A stretch of DNA of 64,000 nucleotides, taken from positions 126,914,001 through 126,978,000 of the forward strand of contig OZ320314.1 of NCBI GenBank assembly GCA_976226885.1. The letters run 5' to 3'. Position numbers and translations under genes: made by a program. Below, one piece after another: positions 25,215 through 38,400 of the stretch. The notes below the pieces were generated by a model that saw nothing but the letters and a program-made list of their open reading frames with translations, was not told the origin of the DNA and ran no database searches. The stretch's first letter is position 1. Each line of letters opens with the position of its first letter. This DNA comes from Iphione sp. A-MEVVRFRX5. Lineage: Eukaryota.

Positions 25215-28107
25215 ATGCCTAGAGGAGGTCACCACGGTTCCAAGCAAGGGATGGCCCTCGTAAAGATTACGAGCAAGGCCAGCAAGGCCGGCAAGGCAGG
25301 CAGACCCGCAGAAAAGAAAACCGTCCAATGGAAAGAAAATTGGAGCATGGCCGACAGCTGCCTCCAAATTGAACTGCACTTTAAATACAAGTTGCAGAAC
25401 GCCCTTGCCTTTGAAGGCCCTAGAGCCAAGGGTAGGCAGGAGGAGGCATGGCAGAATGTCAGAGGTCAGTGTAATATTTCCATGACAATTTCCATGATAT
25501 TTCAGTAACTGCTCGCAAAATTAAATTATGTGACATGTTCGTTTGTATGTGTTTGTCATGAAAGCTCTTTCTTGTAATGTGTTACAGTTGAAGTTTCCCC
25601 ATGTATTACTATCGGTACATATAGATTGATGCAGGCCTACATGCAGAAAGTGGAAGCTATATCCGTAACCATGTATGAGATGAACATGTTAATTATAAAT
25701 TATTCTGGCATCTTGGCAAAAAGAACATACAGACTTTCAGTTAACGTAGTACGGTGGCATTTACAAGCAGCAAGGGCCATGTGGTAATGATTTTGCATGG
25801 TGTATCCCCACCATGGGGGGATGGTGTGCATCTCTGCCGGATCTGCTCATATTCCTATTGTGATATTAATTAAGAGTGCCTTTGACTGCAGCAGGGCATC
25901 CTTCCCCCTCATGAGGGCTGAGATTGTGGCTCGTATGAAGAGCGTCCCTACCTGAGGTTGGTATGCCCATGAAAAAGGAATGTTTTCTTACAGATATTAC
26001 TTTCTACTTTGTGACATTGTCGCTTTGCTCTGAATGTCTCTCGTAACAAGCATGGTCCTTTGCCTTCTCCAGACAAAGCTGAAAAAAGCTCGCAGATTCA
26101 AACCGGTGGAGGGCCAGCACAACCTGTTCACGAAGATGAGGCCTTCTTCAGGGAATACGAGCCGGATGCCGCCATGCCCTTCCAGGGCCCCAGGGCCCCA
26201 GGCTTCAGTGAGTATGCTGCCATTATATCAAATCATGTACATACCGATTTTATTTACACAATGTTCTCTCAAGTGATACAAGCTTTGCCTAGGGCCTGGT
26301 GGGCTTGGGGGGGGAAGGAGGGGAGGCAGCTGCCATCTACCGCCACCATGATCCTTTAATTGTTTACCACAAGACAATGACATCAGATGTGCCACATGTG
26401 ATCGGGTTGTTAAGGTCGTCATGGTAACCATGAGCTATGCACCTCACAGAAGATATGAGGCTGGGCTTCATAACACCAAGAATGTCTGGAATGCAATTTT
26501 GATTGACAAGTCAAGGATCCCTGCCACTTCCATCACAGACATCACACCGTGAGTACCTGTTCATATTCCGTTACCTGCCTTTGTGCATTCATTATGTATT
26601 CTTTGATTATCACACTGTTACAATTGATTTGGAATGATATTATACTCAACCTGAACACATGCTAGTTGTCTCGCTTCTCAATGCCTTGTAATTGTTTCCA
26701 ACAGGTGACCCAATCAAGGACCTGATGCCATTAGAACTGCCAGTGGCCACTCCAGCTACAACTCGAGGGAGTCCATGAAAGAGTGGTATGGCAACCTTTT
26801 CCTGGCATGTGAGCATGAGCGGGTCCACCAATATTGTAAGTATACCCTGTATACAAGTTTTATGGGGACAAAGGCACTGTGGTAAACGATATGTGAATTT
26901 TTCAATTTGTACGCATTGTTCAATTTGCAGTCATGACAGCTTCCTGTAAAATTGAATAATATGTATGGATAGCAACCTCGCGATTGTCTATCTACCTACA
27001 GGGAACCCCTTCGCGGCTCATCAGCGGGCACAGCGGGCAGCTCTGCAGAGGCAGAGGAGGGCTGCCCATAATGAGGAGGCTGAGGGAGGTAATGAGGAAG
27101 AAGCCCCTGCCACGCCAGCCACACCTTTTCCAAAAGTATTGCGCTTGGTGGTTACAAAAAGGAGCTGTAACTATTGCATTTGTGTGCACTATGAAATGGA
27201 CCCTCACGTCGTACCAGTGAAAGGTGAGAGCATACCTGAACAGGTAATGTTTTCCTCATGTTCTTCAGCCAACCATGGCCAGTGGGTAGGAGTGGGCGAG
27301 GTGTGGCTCCAGCCAGAGGAACGAGAGGCCAGCGGGGACAACCGCGTGGAGGGCCTTATAATGGTGTGGGACTGAAGTGGCCTTCTCGTCGCCTTCATTG
27401 ACCAGTGGTGGCCTCTTGACCAGCGGGAACCAGCAGACTAGGAACCAAATTATGAAGGCATGGTCCCCCCTCCTGCCCTCATCCCACCTGTGTGTGCTGT
27501 CGTAACTTACTCGTTGTCTGTTACCCCCGTGACGTCCTCTCCCCCCATCCCACCTGTGTGTGCTGTTGTAACGCACCCTGTCGTACTTTACTCCCTGTCT
27601 GCTACCCCCATGATGTCCTCTCCCCCCATCCCACCTGTCTGTGCTGTTGTAACCCACCCTGTCGTACCTTACTCCCTGTGTGCTACCCCCGTGACATCCT
27701 CTCCCACTGTGCTGTTCTCTCCGAGCATATCCCCTGTGCGTTAAGTTGTACCATATTCCCCATCTGTTGTGTCCACCCCTGTCTCACCTGTGCGACCTCC
27801 AACCACTGTTGTAACCCCTGTCTCCCCACTGACCCCACCTTTGGCCTATTCCACACCCCTTATGCCACCTCTTGTCTGTGCCTCCCATCCCTTTAGTCCT
27901 CCCTTATCGCCTGTGTTGCCGGTTTCCCCTCCTGTTGTAACCTCCCCGCGTCCAACCCTCTCCCCCACCCACCATTCTCGATTCCGTGACCCGGACAAGG
28001 CAGCCCTCAGAGTTTACCTGTGGCAACTCCTACACCAGGATAGTACGATTAATCAGGATGAGTTTCTCCGGCTGATGGCAGTGCTGGAGAGGGTGTGGCT
28101 GACCTAA
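25215..28107 (+). pseudogene. Multi-exon passenger gene 1: N-terminal Myb/SANT-like domain, Pro-rich C-terminal part (may be two genes)
   Basis: TATAAA ~25111, CACC-ATG at 25215; exon 1 NWSMADSCLQIELHF..EEAWQNVR ends at GT 25465; later RKWK and QTGGGP motifs; several AG/GT-bounded exons; stop 28107, AATAAA 28204-28209; internal stops. Confidence 0.6.
27470..27715 (+). repeat. ~81-bp coding tandem repeat, ~3 copies
   Basis: PPIPPVCAVVTHPVV.YSL.ATP..SS units in ORF 27460..27744. Confidence 0.8.
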
Positions 28108-28674
28108 GAAGGCAGCTGAATTACGAGACACAGTTTGTGTCCACATACTCTCACATATATTATTTCAATCATAATATTGGTACTTGAAAATGTCAAAATA
28201 TTAAATAAAGTAATTTTTTAACACAGATCGCTGTCTTCCTCTTTGCAAAAGGGCATTAGCAGACATAAATAAATACACTGGAAGATGTAAAATTGAAAAC
28301 CACACAGAGACTAAGTCGAAGGAAAAAATTACGACTGGCCTAGCCAATTGGTAGCACCAGTACTAGGTATGAAAGCGGCTAGGTATGAAAGCGATAATCT
28401 GATAGGCCCATCGGCAGCTGTGGTAACTCCTATCAGTCAGTAAAACAAAAAACCAACCAGCCTCAGGTAATCATTACGGAAACATGCTGCAAAAGGATGT
28501 ATAGAGGGTGACAGTAGCCAGCACAAGGAGCCCATTGTTGGTACCCTAAGGCTAATATTTTGTAGTAAGTATACACATTCACCCGGTCATGAAGGATTCA
28601 TAACTTTCCAGGCAAATTTGCCTACAACAGCCTTTTTGGTCATTATGTCCATACGACCGGTGGTTTCTCTACAG

Positions 28675-30486
28675 CTGAAGTAGGCGTATGGACTGCGCGG
28701 GGGTGTGTCGAGTTCTGCAGCGCCAACACAGCCCCTTCAGGATAGAGGACATGGAAATGGATGTCCACCTCAACCTAAAGGATCAGGTGGGCCTCCTGGA
28801 AAGCCTCACACACCGTTGGCCATTGGAATGCATTTCTGGTGAGGCTGTCGATTTCGTAAATACTGGGCATGGGTGGGCCTCAGGGGCTGAGCTGTATCAC
28901 TTGGAGACAGCATTGTACGAAGTGAAAGTAGTGAATAAGATTTGTATTGTTGTTCGTAATATTTTCTCATGGTCCGTTCCAGTCAGCAAGCCCAGTCCCA
29001 GCTCCCAGACACTGGCCAACAGGAATGTGGCTGCCTGCTTTGGACTATAACAAGTCCATTACGAGGACCCCACAGCACAGCGGGAGGAGGAGGCGGAGGG
29101 AGAGGAGGCGGTGGCAGCTGGGGTGGAAGTGGACAAGGATGATGATGATGCAGAGGAGGAGGAGGAGGAGAAGAAGGAGGAGGATGACAATGACGACCTG
29201 GCTGACCTGCAAGATGTCCTTCCAGCAGTGGATGATTACGACATATTTGTACCCGACACCGTCTCTGAGCAGCTCCAGATGATGCAGGTGTCTCTGGACT
29301 CACAGATGGACATCATAGTGAGCAGGCCTGATGTAGTAAGGCCATTGGGAAGCCAGGCACCCAAGGCATTGCTGGCTGGGCCCAGTAGCTCCCTCTTGGT
29401 AGCGCTGAGATGGCCAGTCGGTGAGATCAAGGTGGTGCCAGACAGCCCCGAGGTGCAGGAAGAGGACGAATTCCCTTGTATCCCTCCAACACCACCTCTG
29501 TTCGACGATGCATGACCCGGCCCCAGCAGCTGTGCTGCTGCGGCCCTGGTTACTCGTAATGCAGTCCGGCTGATGACCTCCACCCCACGCCATGTGCCGC
29601 AACCCAACCTGTCAGCAATAAGAGGCCCAGACCACCAGCACCGGTGGCAAGGGCACCTGTTCCCCGCCACACACCTGTTCAAATGAATGCTGTCCATGCC
29701 CCAGCTCCAGCCAGGCCAACTAATGCCTTCTGGGATCCAGTACCAGCTGCTGATGCCCAAGTTGCCAGAGGGCCCACTCCTGCAGCTAATACAACAAGAG
29801 CCGAGGCGACTGCACCGGCAGCCCAACAGCAGGCGAAAACGAGTGAGTAGTGCATTATGTTTGTAACACCATGAACACGACTGTCGCAGGGGCAGACTGT
29901 TCAAATTACATTGTCCCTTTCGTAACCATTTTTTGCCAATCCTTGCAGAGCGGTGCCATGAGGGAGTCCAGACCACAGAGGAGCTGCTGGACAAGGAGGT
30001 CGTAACGACAGAGGCAAGGCTGACAAATATGCAAAAGGACTACCAATGGCAAGAGGATGTGGCCAAGTCCTGCCTCAACCTGGCGACAGAGGAGGTTCGG
30101 ACCAAGGAGGTGGCTCATAAAGCTGAGGAGGCCAGAGAGGCCTTCTAAAAATATTTACTCATATGAGAGGAGCAGTGCGAGCGTTGTGAGGTGGAGGAAA
30201 CCAAGGCAAAGGGCGAGCAGTGCAAGGCCCAGAAGAAGGCGGTTAAACTTGCCCGCAAGGAAACAAATGCCCACCTCATCACCCTTCTGGCCGACATTAT
30301 AAGGGCCGAGCAGCAGACAGCCACTGCACTCGCTGCCCATATTGCCGCACACCTGGAGCATAAGGTAAGCCTATCCATAATACTGTTGTACGAAGGTCTC
30401 CCTGTATTGTAAGCTATTCAGGCCCCACTCATTCTCCAGGTACATGGGTAGTGGCGGCAGTTGTGGCAGGTTGTGCGCATGGACTA
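28675..30486 (+). pseudogene. Multi-exon passenger gene 2: acidic tract, Pro/Ala-rich linker, predicted coiled coil; unknown family
   Basis: Phase-consistent introns 28839-28982, 29843-29948, 30365-30439; poly-E/D at 29140-29200; E/K/A-rich helix 29949-30364; in-frame TAA/TGA stops and a frameshift at ~29640; start exon not found. Confidence 0.55.
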
Positions 30487-30789
30487 AACTTCAGCACCTC
30501 GCTTTTGGGTCCTCCCATCATCCTAGGCCCACTTCCTGGGTACCTGCTGAAAGCGCGTGAATTTTCCTATCTAATGAAGCCTTCAGATTTTGAAAGTGCA
30601 TTCTTTCTGACCAATGACCAGCCATTTTAAAGGGAAAATTCATGTAAACAATTGTTGCCATGGGGGTCACATGTAGTGAATGCAGTGCGCCGATTGGTCG
30701 AGAATGCATGTTTGGGTCAGTTCAAATGTCTGGCTTCACGGCAAGCAGATGTAGATCTCTACTCTAGCGGTAGATAATAATTAATAGAG

Positions 30790-33730
30790 ATGGGAAGTGT
30801 CTGCCAACAACCAGGCATGGCAACAGATTGGGCTCAAGCCTTGGCAGATGCTTTAAACAACATCAGTTGGGCCAATTTACATGGTGTGGCTGCAGAGGCA
30901 CAATGGCGGAATCTCATGGATGAGTACTTTCTCTATGAGGAGGAGGTAGAGGAGGGCCTGGTAGATGAGGAGGATGTTGAGGAGGTAGAAGAACAATCTG
31001 AGGAAGAGGAGGAACCCTTAGGAGAGGTTGATGATTCACTGGTAGTCACCGATCCTACTGAGGAGATCTTGAAAGACAAGTGGGCGCACTGTGAAAACTT
31101 CAGGTGAGATCTTTTAATCTGCAGCAACAGTGATGTGCAGTTGCTCCCAACAATTGAAGAGCAAACTTTTAGAAAATTATCTCTATAGTTGCAAATCCCC
31201 TTACAGATTCTTAAGTATCTTGTCAACATGTTAGAATAGGTTTTTATCTTTGCATTTGTATTTAGGGCCATTTTAGAATATTTAAACTATGAGAAACTGA
31301 CCATGTGAACATTTTCTGTAGGTGTTTGTTGCATAAACGTTAGTGTTTTGACTGTTGTATTTAGGGCCATTGTAAACTTTTTTTTAAACTGGGAAACTGA
31401 CCGTGTGAACATGCAGATGCTCTTGTAAACACTACAATGACCACAACTGCAGCAAACAGTTTACGGCAACTGAGTTGGCAGACAGACAGCAGGAGGTTTT
31501 CCAGCTGTCTTCAGGTACTTATTGTTTCCCGTACTTGTTGTCTAACTTGTTGAGGGTAATTTTGTAACCATTCTGTAATTCTTCATGAAGATGTGTAGAT
31601 GCAAAGATCACTTCAGTTTGAAGTGTGCCAAAATCATTAGTATTATTAACTTGTCAGTGTAACCCTTGCCAGAGAAAAACAATATTATGTCAATCATATC
31701 CATCTTGATGAGACGTCATGCATACTTATCTCTTCTAGGGGAAAAAGACATGCTACTCCAAGGCATAATAAGTATGGTGACAGACATAAGTGCCATGACA
31801 TCAACGTGGAAGAAGGGGGAAAAGGGGAAGCACGAGAGACATGCTCCACGCAGCCACTACATGATTGGTTCCAAGGTTATTTGCAGGGACACCTTTAAGT
31901 TTATGTATGCGTGAGTATCCCTCATTCTTGTACTTTTTTCCTTACAGATACCTTAATGCTAAAATGTAATTTCATGTATTTATAGTGCTAACATTATGAG
32001 TTATTAGATAAGTATGTCAGAGGAGTCATGGAGTATGTAACTACTAACCAATTAGACATGACAACTAACATGTACTTGTATCTATGACCTACTCTCTTGT
32101 ACTTGTATTTATAGCCTACTCTTGTGGTTAGATATTAAGGGTGCTTCACTTTACCTTCCAGCATCAGCCAAAACAAACTGACCAGCATTATGCAATGGTA
32201 TAAGGACAATGGAGTTGTCCCCTGTGTCAAGAGGAATGGTGGCAGACAGTCAAAAACCAAGATCCTCCACCTCACCGATATCCAGAAAGTTGCAGCATTC
32301 ATCACCTCATATGCAGAGACCAACACCCTTGTCCTACCTGGCCGTGTAGCTACCCACAAGTGCAACGATATTCTCTTCCTCCCCTCATCTGCCACTAAGG
32401 CAGACATCTACAAACTGTATTGTCAAGCTATGGAGGAGTCTGAGTACAGGTGTGTAGCAGACTCCACATTCCGGAATATGTGGCTGCAACTTCTCCCCCG
32501 TATAGTTTGTTCCCGCCCAAAAACTGACCTGTTAGGAATGTCAGCGTAACTACAGGGACATTTCCTTATCTAGTAATCTCCCAGAGGTAGTCAAGGCAGC
32601 AAAACTTAAGAAGCAGCAGAAACATCTGGAGGTTGTAACAGCAGAAAGGACATTTTATCAGAATATGGTGAAGAATGCCAAGGTTGCCTATCAGGAAGCC
32701 AATGTCCCAGCCCTTGGTCCACACCCACCCTGTTCTGTGGACATAGCTACTCACATCAGTTTTGATTATGCCTAGCAGGTTCAACTCCCCTCTTCCCCCA
32801 TGCAGCCTGGGCCACTTTATTTCCTAGTTCCATGGAAGGTGGGTATCTTTGGGGTGTGTAATGAGGCTATTCCCAAGCAGGTCAACTATCTTATAGATGA
32901 GGGACACTGTGGGAGAAAGGGATCCAATGCTGTAATCTTATATTTGCACCACTATTTTGATATGTTTGATCTGGGGTCATGCTCTGTAGATCTGCACTGT
33001 GACAACTGCAGTGGCCAAAACAAGAACAAGTGGGTGCTAGCATATCTCATGTGGAGGGTCCTGACTGGTCGGCACCACACAATAACTCTGAACTTTCTTA
33101 TTACTGGCCACCAGAAGTCTGTCCCAGACTGGTGCTTTGGTTTGCTGAAACAGAAGTTTCAGCGTGAGTCAGTATCTAGCTTATCCGAGTTATCTCAGAC
33201 AGTAATGAAGAGTACCCAGGATTATGTCAATGTTCCCCAACTTGTTTTGGGGATGAGTCTGGAAATGTCCATGTCCCAACCTATGACTGGCAAGCTTTCC
33301 TCTCACCTTTTATCCGACGTTTGCAAGGTATTAAGCAACTTCACCATTTTGAGTTCTCCAACCAGAAACCTGGGGTTATCTCTTTCTGTGAGTATGCAGA
33401 CAGCCAGCCAAACACTTTCAAGATGTTAAGTCTTGACCCCCAAGCACTCCCAAGGAACCCTCCTCCACCTGTTCCCTCCCCTGGTTTGTCTACCAAGAGA
33501 CAGTGGTATCTGTTCAAGAACATCAGAGACTTCTGCACAGAGGAGACCAAAGACCTGAGCCTACGCTGACAGAAGCAGAGTCGGACACAGAGCCAGGACC
33601 ACCTCCAGGCCCAGCTCCACAACCTGGTGAGGAAGGCCCTGCATGAGGCAGGAGCAGAGGCAAAGGCAGAGGCAGGGGCAGAGGCAGAGGCAGAGGTAGG
33701 GGCCATGGGCGTGCCTGGACCCACTTCACT
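30790..33730 (+). pseudogene. Spliced Sola-type DDD transposase (4 exons), inactivated
   Basis: Exons 30790-31103, 31417-31514, 31739-31910, 32162-~33730 join in frame; motifs CSC..NCSKQF, VICRDTFKFMY, HISFDYA*Q, QPGPLYF, HCDNCSGQNKN, FLITGHQKSVPDWCFGLLKQ, GLSTKRQWYLF; frameshifts at ~32530 and ~33250; RG-repeat tail. Confidence 0.85.
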
Positions 33731-33899
33731 CCAATAGTTCTTATACTGTGCTTAATTTTCTACTGCTGACTGTTGTTTGAAGTTAACTACATGCTATCTA
33801 TTTATAGTCACATCTCTTTAATTACTTATTTACACTATCTCTAATTTCCATGCAGACCATGATTCAGTCATACTGAAAGGATAACTCTGCTTTTCAGTT

Positions 33900-34480
33900 G
33901 GTTGCTTTGATCCTCTCGGTTCTTCCACCCCTTGTCTGGGTGGAGATCACCTCCTGTAGTAGGTCTAGACTCACTGGATAATGTGTGGAAGATAACGTCC
34001 TAAACACAACAGTGTCCTTTACCCTTTTGATATGTGACCAAGTGCCAATCGTCTCTGCTGATAGACACAGTCCATCCTGCAAGATGATTTACTTGCAGCA
34101 ATTTAACTGAATCTGGAGGTTACCTATCACAGCCTTTGAACAACCAAAGAAAAGCAAGGCATTGTACTGAGGTGAGTCAAAACCAATGACTTGAAGAGTA
34201 GAAGCCTGGCCTTCTGTGGAAGGAGTCTTTTTGTCCCTCCTATTCTCACCGAAGCATTCCACATTTGGGCATTCAAATCCTTTAGAGCCTCTCCAGATGA
34301 CAAGCAGGCATTGAAAATGTAACTTAGAATGCATGTTTGTTGCACCATAGCTATGTCAGCACTGTTCACCTTAATATCTAGCAGAGTGCCAGCAAAGTTG
34401 CCAAGGGGTGTATAACAACACTTCCTCTCACTGAGCATCAGACCAATGGATCTGCACAACTTTGCTGGAGAATTAACTGC
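33900..34480 (-). mobile_element. LINE RT C-terminal fragment (47760-type family)
   Basis: IGGTKRLLPQKARLLLFKSLVLTHL matches the family motif. Confidence 0.7.
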
Positions 34481-34499
34481 TAGCTGACAGTTACCTCTC

Positions 34500-35441
34500 G
34501 GTCTGAGTAGATCTTTCGCTCACACAACAACTGACACAAACATCACATAACTCACAAAAAAACACAAATTACTCACACAAACAGACAAATCAACTGCCTA
34601 TTTTACCTTTTCTGTTTTTATTTTTTTCCTACAGAGCATCCCACCCCACAACAGTTCCTGACAAGTCCCAACTGCTGAGAACCGCTAGTTTCACAGATAC
34701 AGTTAGTTTTTACCTCACACCTCAGACATACTTGTATAACTTTTGAACTGCTCACCTGGCTAACACCAAATTTTGTACACACACTCCTAACGACCACCCC
34801 GCATACACACAAAAATTTTCACTGCTCTATGACAAGCACCCACAAACTCATGCAATTTAAAGCCCATAACTCCTGTTCTATACATCCGATGTACTTCTAA
34901 CTTCACAGTCACACTGAAAAACACCCACAACACACACACACAAAGTCTTTGATTCTTAACACAGGTAACACCGGACTTGCACCTCTCTATGACAATTCTC
35001 TCACATTTTTCTACCTAACAGTAAAACTTTCAAACACTACCACCACTAACACTCAAAGCTGACCTAATTAACCACTACAAGCCCAGCCCTAACGTTTTTT
35101 ATTCACACCTAACGTAGCGCTTATACTCAGATGCTCTTGAGCAAATCCCTCCAGTCCCCTACCCACAACTCCTCAAGCGTTCAACTGATTTATGCGAAAT
35201 TTGGTATGCCTACACTCAAGGATCTACCACACACACAAAAAGATTTTAAGTGTTTTTTATTGACAAAAACACACTTATCTCCCGTACTACCAAACCGATC
35301 CTCTTCTAATTTTACAGCCCTGCTACTTAACCCCTCCCACACACACAGACACAAAATCAACCCCCTAGCACAAATAACACCAGACTTAGACTTTCACTGA
35401 CTATATATCGATCAATCTGCCCATTGGTGGTCAGGAAAGGG
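34500..35441 (-). mobile_element. Non-autonomous piggyBac-type element with CA-rich interior
   Basis: Minus strand TTAA|CCCTTTCCTGACC at 35445-35430 (piggyBac-style terminus), exactly where the Gypsy RNase H frame stops; other end not found. Confidence 0.5.
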
Positions 35442-35445
35442 TTAA

Positions 35446-38400
35446 ACAGGAACTTAAGGGGCTTATGATCAGTACGCACAATGAATTTGTGACAGTACAA
35501 ATAGGCTCAAAATTTTCCGATTGCAGAGATGATGGCAGAGCCTTCCTTTTCTATCATGGGCCACCTCTGCTGAGTCTCCCTCAGGTGGTGTGACATATAC
35601 TAGATGGGTCATTCACCATCATCAAATTCCTGTGCCAACACAGCTCTAATACAAGCATCACTTGCATCAGTATACATAATGAAAATACGATTGAATCTCG
35701 GAAAGGCTAACATAGGGGGATTAGTGAATTTCTCTTTGAGAGTCTCAAATACCTGTTGATGGGCCGAGGTCCAAACAAACGTGGCAGGCTTCCACGTCAT
35801 GGCTATAAGCAATTCAGCTAATTGTGCAAAAGCCAGAACATACCTTCGGTAAAAGCCTGCCATTCCAATAAAGGAATGGACTCCCGTAGATGGTTCCAGA
35901 TCAGCAATACTGCCTACCTTACCAGTGTCTAGCTGTATACCGTGAGGCATGATGACGTGTCCTAGGTACTGGAGTTGGGGACAAAAGTCACACTTACTTC
36001 ACTTTAACTTCAACCCCCCATGCTCGGTAATCAGTTGAACACCATTTGTAAGTGGCATAAATGGGTGTGTTTATCTGGCGTCCACACCAGTATGTTATCA
36101 ATATATGTTGTGGTGAACATGACGTTTTTTTGCCATCTAGGACTTTAGCCATCAACTTGCAAAACACAGTAGGTGTGTAACATAGCCCAAACCGCATGGC
36201 ATTGAACTCAAAGAGTCCTGCATGGCAGGCAAATGCAGTTTTCAGATGAGAGGTATCTTCCATTGGAACCTGGGGAACCTAAATCTAACATGGAGAAACA
36301 GGTACTGCCACCTAACAGGCATCATCTATTTGTGGCAGTTGCCAATAAAATTTGATGGTGACATCAGTCACCTTCCTGTAATCCATGCAGAATCCCATAG
36401 TCCCATCCTTCTTTTCAACCAGCACAATGGGCAAAGCCCAAGGACTGCAACTGGAATGGATAATACCAGCATCCAGCATTCCCTGGATCCTTTCTGTCGC
36501 TACTGCTTGATGGGATAGCGGCTTGTGGTAGGGCTTCTGGCAATAGGCTTGTGCTCTCTGGTATCTATTTCCATAGAAACCAGGTGCATACACCCTAGTT
36601 CCATATTGCAAGCAGCAAACAAATCTTTATTCTTTGCTTACAACTCATCCAGTTTGGATACTGATCCCTCAACCAGCCTTGCCGTTGGCTGAGGTGAGGT
36701 TTGTATCAACACAGTGGCCATCAGATATGATGTCGACTTCATCTCTTACGTTTCCTGTCTTAATCATTAAGGTTCACTTGGTTGTATTTACAAGGAGCAC
36801 CGGCACCAACTCACAAGTGGGAGTGGTGAGGCAATTGGCAACCAAAAATCTGGGTTCCTCAGTGAGATAGCTCTGATGGGTCCCCTGTACTATAATGATG
36901 TCACTCTCACCACCTTCACCCAGGGTTCCCTTATGCCTATGCTTACCCGGCACCATGACAGCGGTGCCCAGAGGCAACACCACATCCTTAGTGGCATGCA
37001 CTATAGCCTCTATGCACTGTTCTTCTATCATTGGGACAAGCAGAAGGATGAACCAAACAAACCCTTGTTCTGGCAACAACTGGATCGGGTACTGACTCAA
37101 CCAATCCCATCCTAAGATAACGGTATGTCTGGTTTGGGTCAACACTCCTAAGTCCATATCAAAGGGCTCCCCAAAGATGGTAAAACTAATATGCATAGTC
37201 CCCTTATGCACTAATGGGTTTCTATCTACTCCTTTAAGAGTGGTAGCCAATGGTCCCATAGCAGTAGCTAACTCTCTATGCCTCAGAATCTGATACACAT
37301 CCTCCCTAATAAGCAATACGTCTGCACCGGTAACAAACAAAGTGAGGTACCTGAAAGGTCCCACCTTAATCTTTATCATTGGCCTATCTGTCATCCTGTT
37401 ACAAAGTGAGAGGTCACTGACTGGTGGTAGTTTTATTCGGACACTGAGACTGGTAATGTCCCTACTTTTTGCAACCATAACATTGAACCTTCTTAATCAC
37501 CTTCGGCAACAGGTGCCTGGGGGCCACCCTCCTTCTTACCCCTCAACCTGCTCCTAGCTACCCCTTCTTCCCACAACAATGACAGTTATCCGGGAAGCTA
37601 TGCCTTCCTGCCTCAATTGCATCAACTTCCATCACGGTATGCTCATCTCACCGATGGAGAGTGAAGTGTCTTAGGGTCTCTGTTTCCACTCCAGCACCCT
37701 TCACAGCTGTGACATAGTCCTGCTGGGCTTCCCAAATGATTTTTCATGCAACCTTGGCATTTTTCAAGCCGTCGGTAAAAAATCCCACAAATTGTTGCTG
37801 CACCTTGGCTTGTCACAACTTCCCCTTCATAAAAGCATTAAGAACACATAAATGGGCTCATCCAATCACTGTCTGCATTTCCTTGGCATGAACTGGATCA
37901 ATCACCTGGCCAAACCAATGAGACAATTAATCACGGAATCTCTCCCATTCAACAGGGGTAAGTAATGGCTCTTGCACAGGGTCTGGTCCCCTAAAACGAT
38001 TGTCCTGCTCCTGAGTATACCTAATGATATAATCAGCCACTGGCCCCTCAGCAGTTAACTGGGTTAGGGGCTGTTTGAATCAAATAGTGGCATGAGGCTG
38101 AGTGACATAGCTAATAGTGGCATGTTCAATGGCCTTCAGCTATGTTTAGAAATTCTTAGGCTTGCCATCAAAGACTGATCGATCGATTCCAGCAAAAGAT
38201 TGTTGTAAATTTCGATTGGGGCCTGCTTGACCTGGGACTTTCCCATCATCCATAGGCCACTACCACACAGTGGGAAGAGACTCCGGCTTTTCCAAATCAA
38301 CCACCACTGCCTCCTTTCCACATCCAAGGATTAGCCTGCATACAAAATACCCAACCCACCCATTAATACTGCCCAAAGATGGTCATAACAACCAAATGAT

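Larger units (their letters stand above)
24949..33740 (+). mobile_element. Large multi-gene Sola-like DNA transposon (decayed; right end not found)
   Basis: Left end TGATGGCTTAAGCGCTAAAGCT matches the TIR of the 44283-45674 element at 18/22; contains a Sola-type transposase and co-oriented spliced passenger genes. Confidence 0.65.

Noticed and set aside
29236-29994. 252-aa minus-strand ORF
   Set aside because: Antisense shadow of GC-rich passenger gene 2; it spans that gene's intron and has no motifs
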